The position numbers were made by a program, and so were the translations under genes. Shown piece after piece: positions 28,473 through 37,537 of a stretch of DNA of 64,000 nucleotides; the first letter of the stretch is position 1; each line of letters starts with the position of its first letter. Source of the DNA: a virus (Duplodnaviria > Heunggongvirae > Uroviricota > Caudoviricetes); IMG/VR virus record IMGVR_UViG_3300044878_000059, positions 1 through 64,000 of that record. One strand, 5' to 3'. Under the pieces are notes generated by a model. The model was not told the origin of the DNA, did no database searches, and saw only the letters and a program-made list of their open reading frames with translations.

Positions 28473-28848
28473 TCTTCATTTCAACGAACTCAACCTCAGT
28501 TCGGATGTAACGAGACTTGCCATTGAACCGGGTAGCCAATTCGACAGTTTTTGGTGTAACATCGCTGATCGTTACTTCGGTCAATGATGCAGCACCCGGC
28601 AGTTTCACAAACCACGTCTGATGCACTTGCGGAACGAACAGATCGATTGGAGTCCGTTCAACCACATGGTCTTGCCACTGTTGGTTTGGCAGTTCCGGCA
28701 GTTCGGTAATTACCGTGGTCAGCGATGGCTTTTTCTGATTCTGATCCAGTTCTTTGAAGTGCCGGGACAGCATAGACCCCATTGAATCTGGATACGGTTC
28801 TGGTTTGAAATCACTCGACAGCACGCCGCCGATTTTTTCGCCGGACAC
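28465..28848 (-). CDS. hypothetical protein (127 aa)
   Basis: ORF. Confidence 0.4.
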   Translation of the reverse strand: MSGEKIGGVLSSDFKPEPYPDSMGSMLSRHFKELDQNQKKPSLTTVITELPELPNQQWQDHVVERTPIDLFVPQVHQTWFVKLPGAASLTEVTISDVTPKTVELATRFNGKSRYIRTEVEFVEMKNA

Positions 28849-28851
28849 CGA

Positions 28852-29145
28852 TTAAACCTTTGGGGTAATCAGGGCGGTGATGTTGTCGATTGCGGCTTGT
28901 GCGCCGACGATTTCTGCACCAGCGGCTTCGTGTTTGGCTTGCAGTGCTTTGATTTCAGCATCATGCGCGGCCTGTTGTTCCGTGTGATGGGTGACGGCAG
29001 TTTTCAGCTCATCAACAATCGAATGGAACGTACCGAGGATTTCACTGACAGCACGAACGCCTTTGTTTTTGCCGCCGAAAAGGTTCGACAGAAAGCCTTG
29101 CGATTCATTGGAGTTACCTACGGCTGGTTCGATACGAGTAGTCAT
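28852..29145 (-). CDS. hypothetical coiled-coil protein (about 98 aa, internal start)
   Basis: ORF N-terminus overlaps the promoter element; Met29 chosen. Confidence 0.35.
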   Translation of the reverse strand: MTTRIEPAVGNSNESQGFLSNLFGGKNKGVRAVSEILGTFHSIVDELKTAVTHHTEQQAAHDAEIKALQAKHEAAGAEIVGAQAAIDNITALITPKV

Positions 29146-29185
29146 TTTGTTGCCCTGTGTTGGGGTTGTTCTTGAATGTGTGGCT

Positions 29186-29220
29186 ATCTTACGACAGGTT
29201 CTGTTCGAAATAAACATTGG
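29186..29220 (-). promoter_or_regulatory. phage promoter with GAACAGAAC operator-like half-site
   Basis: AATGTTTA TTTCGAACAGAACCTGTCG TAAGAT. Confidence 0.5.
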
Positions 29221-29258
29221 ACGCAACAAAATCGCTTCTGAGGCGTCCGAACGTTATA

Positions 29259-30677
29259 TCAATCCCATTCAACGCCTTCGCCGTTAGCGATGGTTGCAGT
29301 GGGGCTAGAGCCAGCCGTAGCGGCCTTCACGGTCACTGGTGGTGGCATGGTCTGGTCGTCTGGGAACGTGTTGTTCTCAAGCTGTGACCAGCGTTGAAGT
29401 CCCTTGTCTACAGCAAGGAAGAAACGACTCCACTTGGATTTGTCACCGTAACGCGATTTCACTTGTTTGAACATTTGCTGGCCTTGCTGGGCCAACTGTT
29501 CTGTTTCGACGATACCCAGAATAAAGTCGGCTGTGTGTACCAGACCGGCAGATTCAGCGGTGTCGCCCATGTCAATGTCGGATTTCTCCCACGAACCACG
29601 GGTTGTTTGTGCCGCAGTCCAAACGCAGGTATTTGTCTCAATCGCCAGACCACGGATTTCTTCCGCGATGGCTTTGACGTAACCGTAAGAGTTTTCACCA
29701 CCGTAACCGATACGCTGGCTCGCACAGATACCAAGGTAGTCGATAATGATGATTTGTGGTACGAAATTCTGTTTCGTTCTGAGTTCTTGCAGCAAGGTAC
29801 GGAAATGCCCAACGTGAGCGGCACCGGTAGGGAACTGTTTGAAGAACAGGTTGCCCACGACCTTTTCACGCAGCTTGGCGATTTTCTTACCGAACATGGC
29901 TTTCGGGATCGACTCAAGGTCATCCATGGTCACGTTCAGAAGGTTTGCATCAATCCGTTTACCAATGGATTCTTCCGACATTTCCATCGAAATGTACAGA
30001 ACGTTCATACCTTGGTTCAGATAGCCTGCCGCCAAATGACACAGACCCAGAGACTTACCGGCGTTCGAGCCAGCAAGCAAAATGTTCAGGGTCTTGTACT
30101 CGGCACCGCCCTTGGTTACCCGATTCAGAATATCAATGTCAAACGGAATTTTGGCCGCTTTGTCATGATACGAATCATACCGGGTTTCCCAGTTCGCCAA
30201 ATAGTTGTGGCCGACAGATGTATCAAAGCATACGCCGAGTGCATCCCGCATCATTTCGGGGATCGACCCCACGTCGAGAAGCTTCTTGTTGCGTTTCTCT
30301 GGTGGCAGATCAGCGTTTGATTTGATTTCCAACGCCTTAGCCAAGGCATTGTACAGAGCCTGTTGCTTACAGAACCCTTCCGTTTCTTCCATCATGAAGG
30401 CAGTTTGATCCAAATCAGGACGTTTCTTGTCCAGTAGATCAATCTGAGCTTCCAACGCAACGTGGGTACTATCGTTCAGGTTGTTGTCTTTTTCAAGCAG
30501 AATTTTTAAAACAGATGCGTCAGGACGCTTGTTGTATTTGTCACCAAAGAATTTGATGTAATTGAACAAACGTTCGTCAGCCGAATCAATGAAGTATTCG
30601 CGTTTAAGATGTGGCAGAACCGAGCGAAAGTATTCCTCGTTGTGCATCAAGTTTAGAAAAATACCTTCTACGATCAT
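29259..30677 (-). CDS. 41: replicative DNA helicase (DnaB family)
   Basis: Walker A GSNAGKS; 472 aa, colinear with T4 gp41. Confidence 0.85.
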   Translation of the reverse strand: MIVEGIFLNLMHNEEYFRSVLPHLKREYFIDSADERLFNYIKFFGDKYNKRPDASVLKILLEKDNNLNDSTHVALEAQIDLLDKKRPDLDQTAFMMEETEGFCKQQALYNALAKALEIKSNADLPPEKRNKKLLDVGSIPEMMRDALGVCFDTSVGHNYLANWETRYDSYHDKAAKIPFDIDILNRVTKGGAEYKTLNILLAGSNAGKSLGLCHLAAGYLNQGMNVLYISMEMSEESIGKRIDANLLNVTMDDLESIPKAMFGKKIAKLREKVVGNLFFKQFPTGAAHVGHFRTLLQELRTKQNFVPQIIIIDYLGICASQRIGYGGENSYGYVKAIAEEIRGLAIETNTCVWTAAQTTRGSWEKSDIDMGDTAESAGLVHTADFILGIVETEQLAQQGQQMFKQVKSRYGDKSKWSRFFLAVDKGLQRWSQLENNTFPDDQTMPPPVTVKAATAGSSPTATIANGEGVEWD

Positions 30678-30995
30678 TTACCAAAGCTCTTTTAATTTAG
30701 TGATTAGGGTTCGCCACAGCGGCTTGTTAAGGTCGGGTTCTGGTTCTGGAACTTCTGGTTCGTCATCCTCGAAAGGATTCTTTTCAATGTTCTCAAACAG
30801 GAACTTGAAAGCCTGTGCCAACATTGCATCGGTTTGTTCGTCCGACCATAAACGCTTACCGAGTATCACCCATTCAGTTCTAAGTTTACCGTTTGGGTCA
30901 ATTTCAAAGTTGGTTACCGCTACGTTCTGTCCGCTCAAGTCGAACAGAACGTATTGGCTTGGTGCTGCTACTGGATCAGTCATCTTTCGCATCAA
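30678..30995 (-). CDS. hypothetical protein (positional equivalent of T4 gene 40)
   Basis: sits between uvsX and 41 as in T4; no sequence call. Confidence 0.35.
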   Translation of the reverse strand: MMRKMTDPVAAPSQYVLFDLSGQNVAVTNFEIDPNGKLRTEWVILGKRLWSDEQTDAMLAQAFKFLFENIEKNPFEDDEPEVPEPEPDLNKPLWRTLITKLKELW

Positions 30996-32061
30996 TGAAA
31001 TCGTCGAACTCTTTCTGGTGGTTAGAGTCGATTTCAGTTGCTTTCAACATGTATGTATCTTCGATATGATCGCGGAACGATTTACGGCGAAGAACATCCA
31101 TCAGATACTGATTGGTTGCTTCAATCTCGGCACGGCGGAATTTCTTGCCTTCAAACAACAGCTCGCCGGTATCCTTATCAACGAATTGATAGAACCCTTT
31201 GGTTGGGCTGATGATGTCGCCGGATTCCAACGCCAGTTCAAAGATACCCGACAGCGGCTGAACACCACCCTCGAAACTAACGTGAATTGGGAACTTGGAT
31301 TTCTCTTTCACGAAACGCGATTTCTCGACGATCAGTGTAAATTTGAAACCTTGCAGTTCTGTACCGTCCTTGTCTTGCGACTTGGAAATGAACAGTACGG
31401 TGTTAGACGACAGCATACCGCCCTGACCGCCACCCATGATTTGCTTAGGGAACATACCGATTTCGTTGTACGTGTGGTTAATCACGATACAAGGAATGTT
31501 CTTACCTTGGAAATGTGGGGTGATGATACGGAACATCGACTTCAATGCACGGGCACGGGTCATGTCGGCTGCGCTGTTTTCGTTCTCGGCGTTTTCAACT
31601 TCTTTCTTCGAAGCCAAGTTACCAACCGAGTCAACCAAGAATACAACCTTTTCGTTACGCTTGATTTCTTTGAGTTGTGCTGCGAACTCGAAGGTCAATT
31701 GTTCGATGTTGTAAATCGGGATGTGAATAACACGCGAAGGGTCGATACCGAACGACTTCAAGTATTCCGGTGTGATACCGAATTCCGAGTCCATCAGAAC
31801 GCATACAGCGTCCTTGTGCTTACGCAGATATGCCGCAACCAACAGCAACGCGAAGTTGGTTTTAAAGTGCTTCGACTCTGCCGCAAGGGACAGAATACCG
31901 GATGGAAGACCACCCTTAACCCGACCACTCAATGCGACGTTCAAAATCGGCACGGAAGTTGGGGCAAAATCTTTCTCGTTAAACAGTGCTGATTGATCCA
32001 ACGCCGCAACATCGTCACGGGTTGTCGCTTTCAACAGTCTTTGCATCAAAGCTGAACTCAT
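30976..32061 (-). CDS. uvsX: RecA-like recombinase UvsX
   Basis: colinear with T4 UvsX (DSEFGITPEYL, VVFLVDSVGNLASKKE). Confidence 0.9.
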   Translation of the reverse strand: MSSALMQRLLKATTRDDVAALDQSALFNEKDFAPTSVPILNVALSGRVKGGLPSGILSLAAESKHFKTNFALLLVAAYLRKHKDAVCVLMDSEFGITPEYLKSFGIDPSRVIHIPIYNIEQLTFEFAAQLKEIKRNEKVVFLVDSVGNLASKKEVENAENENSAADMTRARALKSMFRIITPHFQGKNIPCIVINHTYNEIGMFPKQIMGGGQGGMLSSNTVLFISKSQDKDGTELQGFKFTLIVEKSRFVKEKSKFPIHVSFEGGVQPLSGIFELALESGDIISPTKGFYQFVDKDTGELLFEGKKFRRAEIEATNQYLMDVLRRKSFRDHIEDTYMLKATEIDSNHQKEFDDFIDAKDD

Positions 32062-32079
32062 CTTTTTCTCTTTTCTCTC

Positions 32080-34608
32080 TTACATAAAATCTTCAAGTGA
32101 AATTTCGTCTTTGTACTTCCATCCGATTGCATCACAGATAGTTGCCAAAGGCTTGATGAATGATTTGTCATACATCAATTCACGATCCATAAACCGAAGC
32201 ACGTTGTCAGGGTTCAGTTCAGCCGGAATTTTCATACCAGACTTAAACGCAAACCGTTCACAACCGAAACTGTTCGGTACTCTCAACATGATCGAAGCGA
32301 TTTTCTCGCCTTCTTTGATCATATCCACACTATCAAACTTGCGTGCTGCACGGTTGAACGCCAGAACGCCTTTAATGTGTCCGGGGCATTTGAAGCCCGG
32401 TTGCATGTCGCCGGTCGTGTACTTAGCGAGGTTGTTTGCCGATGACACACCAGCAATCTCCCGATAGTCCACAGTCTGATACTGCGAATGCACTTTGCTA
32501 ACCAAATCCATCAACTGTGTTTTCTTACCATCCAGAATCAAATCAATTGCTTCTTTCAGGCCGTCACGGGCCAGTTGTGGTGTACTTGCTCGCTGGGTTT
32601 CAATACCAGCAATCTTGATGTCCGGTGCGTCTTTATAACGGTAACCTTCCATATCCCACACAGCCAGTGCGTAACGTTTCTTCGCAACAAAGAACCCGGT
32701 AGACGAAATGGCTTCACGCTTCATGTACATCACAGACGAATAGTGATTCATGTACTTTGCAAGTTCGGCGTACCATTTGTTCAACAACGGTTGAACTTTT
32801 TCTTCTGCGAAACGATCCAGCATGGTTACTGTTTGATCGGTTGTTTTACCGGCGTAGAACTTATCAACCAAGTCTTCAAACGACACGTAGCAAGAGTCAG
32901 TGTCGATTGCAATTACGCGATCTTTCGGTTTACCACCAACCAACTGATTCAACATACCGTTGAAGTGGTTTGCAGCCCATTTGATGATTACACGGCCAGT
33001 TGCTGTAACAGCTTCGGCGTTTCGAACATCGTAGTAACGGAAATATGCGTTACCCAATGCGCCATAGCATGAGTTGATCGCGATCTTTGCCGCTTTCTGC
33101 AACAGGTCGTACTTACGAACATCAGCGTCGTTACCAGCCTTCTTGGCGTCCTTCATCATGTTCTTGAAGGTCTTACGTTGGTTGAATACATGTTCAACTA
33201 CCGTAGGAATAACTCCCCGAATATCACGACGGTAGCGAGTACCGTTTGCGCACACCGAATACTGTTCACCGGCAAGGTTTACCCGGCCTGCAACGTAGTC
33301 TTCAACGTCCGCGTTGTATTTCACATCAACGATGGTGTCAGGGCTGATGTTGCCTTGACGGATAATACCCGGATACAGCGATTCCAAGTCGAAAGACATA
33401 ATCCAGCGGAAGTATCCAACCAATGGGTCTTTTACGAATCCACCTTCAAAGTGTACAGCCGATGCGTTGCGTTTCATTGGAACTACGATCTTTTCTTTAC
33501 GCAAGTGGTTAAAGATGATCGAATCCCATTGCTTGATTGGTGAGAACCCATCCTCGAACGTCATTCCTGCGTCGTAGGTCATGTACATCATCAAATCAAT
33601 CAGCAACAACTTTTCATTGATTCGTTTTACCAGATCAACGTCATAGATGTTGTAGTCCACATATCGTTGCGGGTCTTGAATCGCCAGATCAACCAACGAA
33701 CCTTCAAAGTCCAGTTTGTCGTCTTCGATTTCAACCTTTGCTATATAACCCAGTCGGAAGTTAGACCGAGGTTCCAATACAAACTTCTTGTACAACTCGA
33801 TGTAGTCAAGTTGCGCAATACCCACGAACTTAATGAACTGGCGTTGCCCGTTCTGGTTATCCTGCATGGTCTTGATGTCGGTACGGCCATATGGACTCAG
33901 AGAGTCTGCCGCCGCTTCACCCAGAACCAAACTAATACGTTTGTGGATATACGGGATGTCGAAACTGTTCGAGTACCAACCAGTTACGATATCAGGGAAA
34001 CATTCTCGCCAATCCTGAATGAAGGCAATCAACATTTCCTTTTCTGTTGCGAAGAACTTGTATTTCACTTTCTTCAACAGTTCCGCTTTCAACGTCGATT
34101 CAGCTTTCGACCATCTACGGGTTGAATACACGGTGTATTCGTCGTCAATGTTATCGTACAGCGTCATGGAGTCGATTTCCCATCGGGCGATTTCCGGTTC
34201 AGGGAAGCCGTCAGGTCTTGCGGTGCTTGGGTCGTTTGGGTCGGTGTAAGTAGCGGAATGAACTTCGATGTCGATGTTCTTGATCCTGACCAACTTGGTG
34301 TTCGGAACCTGTTTACCAAACATGTCGGCAATGAATGCCAAGTTGAAGTTGTCCATCCCATTCACAACCCCGTTTGAAACGGTCTTGGTGTCGCGTAGGA
34401 ACGTCGTTGCTTCGTACATGTTAGGGAAGTTCATCGGAAGCTGGAAAACGCCGTGGATGTCCTTGTAGCCCGTTTCTTTGTTGGTTGGAACGAATAGCGT
34501 GGGAGAATACTGGTGTTTCTCCATAAATGGCTGTCCGTATTCGTCGTACCCACGGACAAGCATGTGCTGACCAAGGCGGTCAACAGCGGTGAAAAATTTC
34601 GTAGACAA
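32080..34608 (-). CDS. 43: family B DNA polymerase (gp43); putative TTG start
   Basis: colinear with T4 gp43 (exonuclease and polymerase motifs YGDTDS etc.); the T4-homologous start region has no ATG; TTG at 34608 has AGGAAA SD; first in-frame ATG is at 34563. Confidence 0.85.
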   Translation of the reverse strand: MSTKFFTAVDRLGQHMLVRGYDEYGQPFMEKHQYSPTLFVPTNKETGYKDIHGVFQLPMNFPNMYEATTFLRDTKTVSNGVVNGMDNFNLAFIADMFGKQVPNTKLVRIKNIDIEVHSATYTDPNDPSTARPDGFPEPEIARWEIDSMTLYDNIDDEYTVYSTRRWSKAESTLKAELLKKVKYKFFATEKEMLIAFIQDWRECFPDIVTGWYSNSFDIPYIHKRISLVLGEAAADSLSPYGRTDIKTMQDNQNGQRQFIKFVGIAQLDYIELYKKFVLEPRSNFRLGYIAKVEIEDDKLDFEGSLVDLAIQDPQRYVDYNIYDVDLVKRINEKLLLIDLMMYMTYDAGMTFEDGFSPIKQWDSIIFNHLRKEKIVVPMKRNASAVHFEGGFVKDPLVGYFRWIMSFDLESLYPGIIRQGNISPDTIVDVKYNADVEDYVAGRVNLAGEQYSVCANGTRYRRDIRGVIPTVVEHVFNQRKTFKNMMKDAKKAGNDADVRKYDLLQKAAKIAINSCYGALGNAYFRYYDVRNAEAVTATGRVIIKWAANHFNGMLNQLVGGKPKDRVIAIDTDSCYVSFEDLVDKFYAGKTTDQTVTMLDRFAEEKVQPLLNKWYAELAKYMNHYSSVMYMKREAISSTGFFVAKKRYALAVWDMEGYRYKDAPDIKIAGIETQRASTPQLARDGLKEAIDLILDGKKTQLMDLVSKVHSQYQTVDYREIAGVSSANNLAKYTTGDMQPGFKCPGHIKGVLAFNRAARKFDSVDMIKEGEKIASIMLRVPNSFGCERFAFKSGMKIPAELNPDNVLRFMDRELMYDKSFIKPLATICDAIGWKYKDEISLEDFM

Positions 34609-34645
34609 TGATTTTCCTATGCAAGCATTGAGGCGATGCAGACCT

Positions 34646-34679
34646 AATTGTAAATGAAAAGGGTCGTGAACTAAACATT
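34646..34679 (-). promoter_or_regulatory. gene 43 promoter inside the regA terminator
   Basis: AATGTTTA N19 TACAAT, about 25 nt upstream of the putative TTG start. Confidence 0.5.
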
Positions 34680-34690
34680 CGACGACCCTT
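34657..34690 (-). terminator. regA terminator hairpin overlapping the gene 43 promoter
   Basis: minus strand AAAGGGTCGT-CGAATGTTTAGTTC-ACGACCCTTTT; the loop holds the AATGTTTA element. Confidence 0.55.
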
Positions 34691-34696
34691 TGTGTG

Positions 34697-35071
34697 TTAC
34701 TTTTGCCCGATGTTGTACTTGTAGACTTTCTGCCATCCGCCGCTATTGGCTTCGGCAAACGAAATGATCCTGAACAGGTTGCGTCTTTCGGACACAGCCT
34801 GACCCGGACTAACGATGGTGCAAAGGTTCCAGTCTTGCAGAAGCTTGGCAATGTCGTTGCGTCTTTCGGTATCTTCATCAGTCATTTTTGCTTCGCGCCC
34901 ATCAAGCTCTAACAGCTCTTTGAAATGCACGATGTAAACTTTGCCACGCTTGTTCAAAATGTGGCAAGACTGGTAAATGGTTTTGGTCTTGTTATTAGCA
35001 ATACCAACTCTTGTCAGCGTTTCCCGAATTTTTGGAAAACTATCTTGGCTGGTTAATTCAATTTCAATCAT
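34697..35071 (-). CDS. regA: translational repressor RegA
   Basis: 124 aa, clear match to T4 RegA (LTRVGIANNK, YQSCHIL). Confidence 0.85.
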   Translation of the reverse strand: MIEIELTSQDSFPKIRETLTRVGIANNKTKTIYQSCHILNKRGKVYIVHFKELLELDGREAKMTDEDTERRNDIAKLLQDWNLCTIVSPGQAVSERRNLFRIISFAEANSGGWQKVYKYNIGQK

Positions 35072-35087
35072 CAGTGAAATACTCCTA

Positions 35088-35492
35088 TCACGGTGTATTT
35101 ACTGACGGTTTAATGCCGCCAAAATTGTTCATCTTCGCTCGAAGGGATTTCAATTGTTCTTCGGTCAGTCGATCAATCATGCCAATGGCTTTCTGTTGAC
35201 TGACTTCAAAGTATTTCATCACATCTTCAAGGTATTCGTGCTTCTCAAGTTTGTTCCATTTACCAAAGCGTTTCATTTTACGCAACCCATGATACAGGTA
35301 GTCGTATTGCATCCTGTGTGGTAACTGAGGATGTTGATTCAAGAAATGAACATACGGTACGGCATCGATAAAGTTACTTAAAGCCCGGTTAATGACGAAC
35401 GGGACATAAGCCCGTTCAGCCTCCGGCCCGAAGGGCACATACTTCTTGTCATTAATTGATCCGATCAGATCGAACGGACTCAATTTGCTCAT
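35088..35492 (-). CDS. 62: clamp-loader small subunit
   Basis: YGKWNKL motif as in T4 gp62; internal Met chosen to abut the 44 stop. Confidence 0.6.
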   Translation of the reverse strand: MSKLSPFDLIGSINDKKYVPFGPEAERAYVPFVINRALSNFIDAVPYVHFLNQHPQLPHRMQYDYLYHGLRKMKRFGKWNKLEKHEYLEDVMKYFEVSQQKAIGMIDRLTEEQLKSLRAKMNNFGGIKPSVNTP

Positions 35493-36445
35493 TACTTGAA
35501 GTCCATGTTCATCATCAGTTGAACACACAGATATTCCATGTGAATTTCGATGTCAGGGACGCTGTTGTAATACTTCTGGTTTTCACCGATGTATTCGATC
35601 ATTGCCGGGATGTGGCTTGGCTTCACCGCCGAGAACATCGCGTTGTACAATGCACGAATGAACGTCGAGTAGTCAGACGCATATTTCGGGATCAGTGCGC
35701 GGATTTCCTTGAACTGTTTAGCTTTCAAGTGACCCACCAACACTTCAACATCAGACCCGGAAGTTACTTGTCCCAGAATACCTTCGTCGATCACACCTTT
35801 CATCGCATAGGATTGCAGGTCAACCAACATCGAACGGTTATCGGGGAAGTGCTTCTTGACCAGCTCCATGATCACTTGCTTGTTTTCAACTTGAACGTTT
35901 TCAACCTTCAAGATATCCAACAGACGCATAACCTGTTGCTTGATCATTTGGTTCTTATCTTCTGCCGGGATTGTGAATTCCTTCACGCTCATACGGCTAC
36001 GGATCGGTTCAATGATCCGGTTAACGTAGTTACATGTCAGAATGAATCGGCAGTTGCACGAAAATTCTTCGATGATTCCACGGAATGCTTTTTGAGCCGG
36101 TTCCGACAGGTTGTCTGCTTCGTCGAGGATCACGACTTTACCGTTACCCATCATGGATACAGTAGAAGCAAACTTGGTGATGTCGGTACGGAATACGTCG
36201 ATACCGGCCTCGGACGATGCGTTGATGAACAGCAAATCCATGTCCATTTCTTCAACCATCGCACGGGCCAAGGTAGTCTTACCTGTACCCGGATTGCTCG
36301 AACACAAAATCATGTTCTGCAACTCGCCAGCCGCTACCAATTGCTTGAAGTAATCGGCAAGTTCGGCGGGCAAAATACTTTCGTCGATTGACTTTGGGCG
36401 ATACTTCAATTCCCAAAGCCATTCATTAGGCGTTACACTAATCAT
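35492..36445 (-). CDS. 44: clamp-loader large subunit (AAA+)
   Basis: GTGKTT Walker A, 317 aa. Confidence 0.85.
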   Translation of the reverse strand: MISVTPNEWLWELKYRPKSIDESILPAELADYFKQLVAAGELQNMILCSSNPGTGKTTLARAMVEEMDMDLLFINASSEAGIDVFRTDITKFASTVSMMGNGKVVILDEADNLSEPAQKAFRGIIEEFSCNCRFILTCNYVNRIIEPIRSRMSVKEFTIPAEDKNQMIKQQVMRLLDILKVENVQVENKQVIMELVKKHFPDNRSMLVDLQSYAMKGVIDEGILGQVTSGSDVEVLVGHLKAKQFKEIRALIPKYASDYSTFIRALYNAMFSAVKPSHIPAMIEYIGENQKYYNSVPDIEIHMEYLCVQLMMNMDFK

Positions 36446-36455
36446 TGATCACCGA

Positions 36456-37142
36456 TTAAGTTGGAGTTTCGATTTTTGTTCCGCTGAACTCACTGGACTT
36501 TTCAGCCGCAACAAAGTATTCAATGTCCGGTGCAGAGAAACGGCACAGGCATTTCCACGAAATGGAAACTTTGTAATCAGCGCGAACCATCTTCAACAGA
36601 TCGGTTTGGATCATGAAGTTGTACTGGTTCGTCGAAAGGTCTTGACCGACAACCACGCTGAATGCGTTAGCGTTCGGGTTCTTCGGATCAACTGCTTTCA
36701 GAACGATGTTGTTCTTGGCATCTTTGGTAACGGCCAACATTGGCAGGGCCAGTGTCGAACTCGCTTTCATGATGCGGTCGAATGTATCTTTCGGCAGATC
36801 GAATTCCACTTCACCGCCCGGAAACTTAACCCGGTTCTTCGGTGAAACAATTACTTGTTCTTCGGCATAACCATAAGAACATTTGGACGCACCGCCCGTG
36901 ATGGTCATGAAGTTTGTATCAAACTCCACTTCGGCATCTTCGAACAGGTTGACCGTAGCGATAAAGTTGTTCAGGTCGTAGATACCGAACTGTACCGGGA
37001 AGTCTTCGGGAACAGTCGCAAACGCTACTACAGTTTTGGCGATGTTCACGGTGCAGATTTCGTTACCCGGCTTAACGATGATCGAAGTGTTGATACCGCT
37101 AAAGTTCTTCAACAGGTCGAGCGTGGATTTGCTGATTTTCAT
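36456..37142 (-). CDS. 45: sliding clamp
   Basis: 228 aa, same length and order as T4 gp45. Confidence 0.8.
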   Translation of the reverse strand: MKISKSTLDLLKNFSGINTSIIVKPGNEICTVNIAKTVVAFATVPEDFPVQFGIYDLNNFIATVNLFEDAEVEFDTNFMTITGGASKCSYGYAEEQVIVSPKNRVKFPGGEVEFDLPKDTFDRIMKASSTLALPMLAVTKDAKNNIVLKAVDPKNPNANAFSVVVGQDLSTNQYNFMIQTDLLKMVRADYKVSISWKCLCRFSAPDIEYFVAAEKSSEFSGTKIETPT

Positions 37143-37150
37143 TTGTTCTA

Positions 37151-37465
37151 TTAGTTACTCACAATAAGGCCGGTTTCAGACAGAACGTCGTGTGCAACGC
37201 CCGCAAGTACCATGTCCAGAGGTTGTTGGTTTTTGGATTGACGCAGTGGGCCAAAACCTTTCAGTTGAACAACCACAAGGTCTTTGTTCAGGTCACGCAG
37301 GGTTTCAAGGTAACGATCTTTGATTTTGGCATCGATCGATTGATAAAATTCGGTGCGAGCCGGTTGCATCATTGCCTTCATTTTGGCGGCATCGGCTGCG
37401 CTGATCAGGGGAACCCAAGCATTACGCACGTTTACATCGTGTTCACACATTTCGCTACGATTCAT
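37151..37465 (-). CDS. hypothetical protein (positional equivalent of T4 rpbA)
   Basis: between 45 and 46. Confidence 0.35.
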   Translation of the reverse strand: MNRSEMCEHDVNVRNAWVPLISAADAAKMKAMMQPARTEFYQSIDAKIKDRYLETLRDLNKDLVVVQLKGFGPLRQSKNQQPLDMVLAGVAHDVLSETGLIVSN

Positions 37466-37503
37466 TACTATATTCTCACAAGTGGCAGGGGTTTGATGGA
37501 TTC

Positions 37504-37537
37504 AATATACCAGCTAAACCCCTGTTTCTAAACATTA
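37504..37537 (-). promoter_or_regulatory. phage promoter
   Basis: AATGTTTA N19 TATATT. Confidence 0.5.

Noticed and set aside
30562-31992. 476-aa plus-strand ORF
   Set aside because: Antisense to gene 41 and uvsX.
32080-34878. Full 932-aa ORF as the DNA polymerase
   Set aside because: The first 90 codons have no homologue in T4 gp43 and overlap the regA terminator and promoter; the N-terminus is set at the TTG at 34608 by homology.
35456-36391. 311-aa plus-strand ORF
   Set aside because: Antisense to clamp-loader gene 44.
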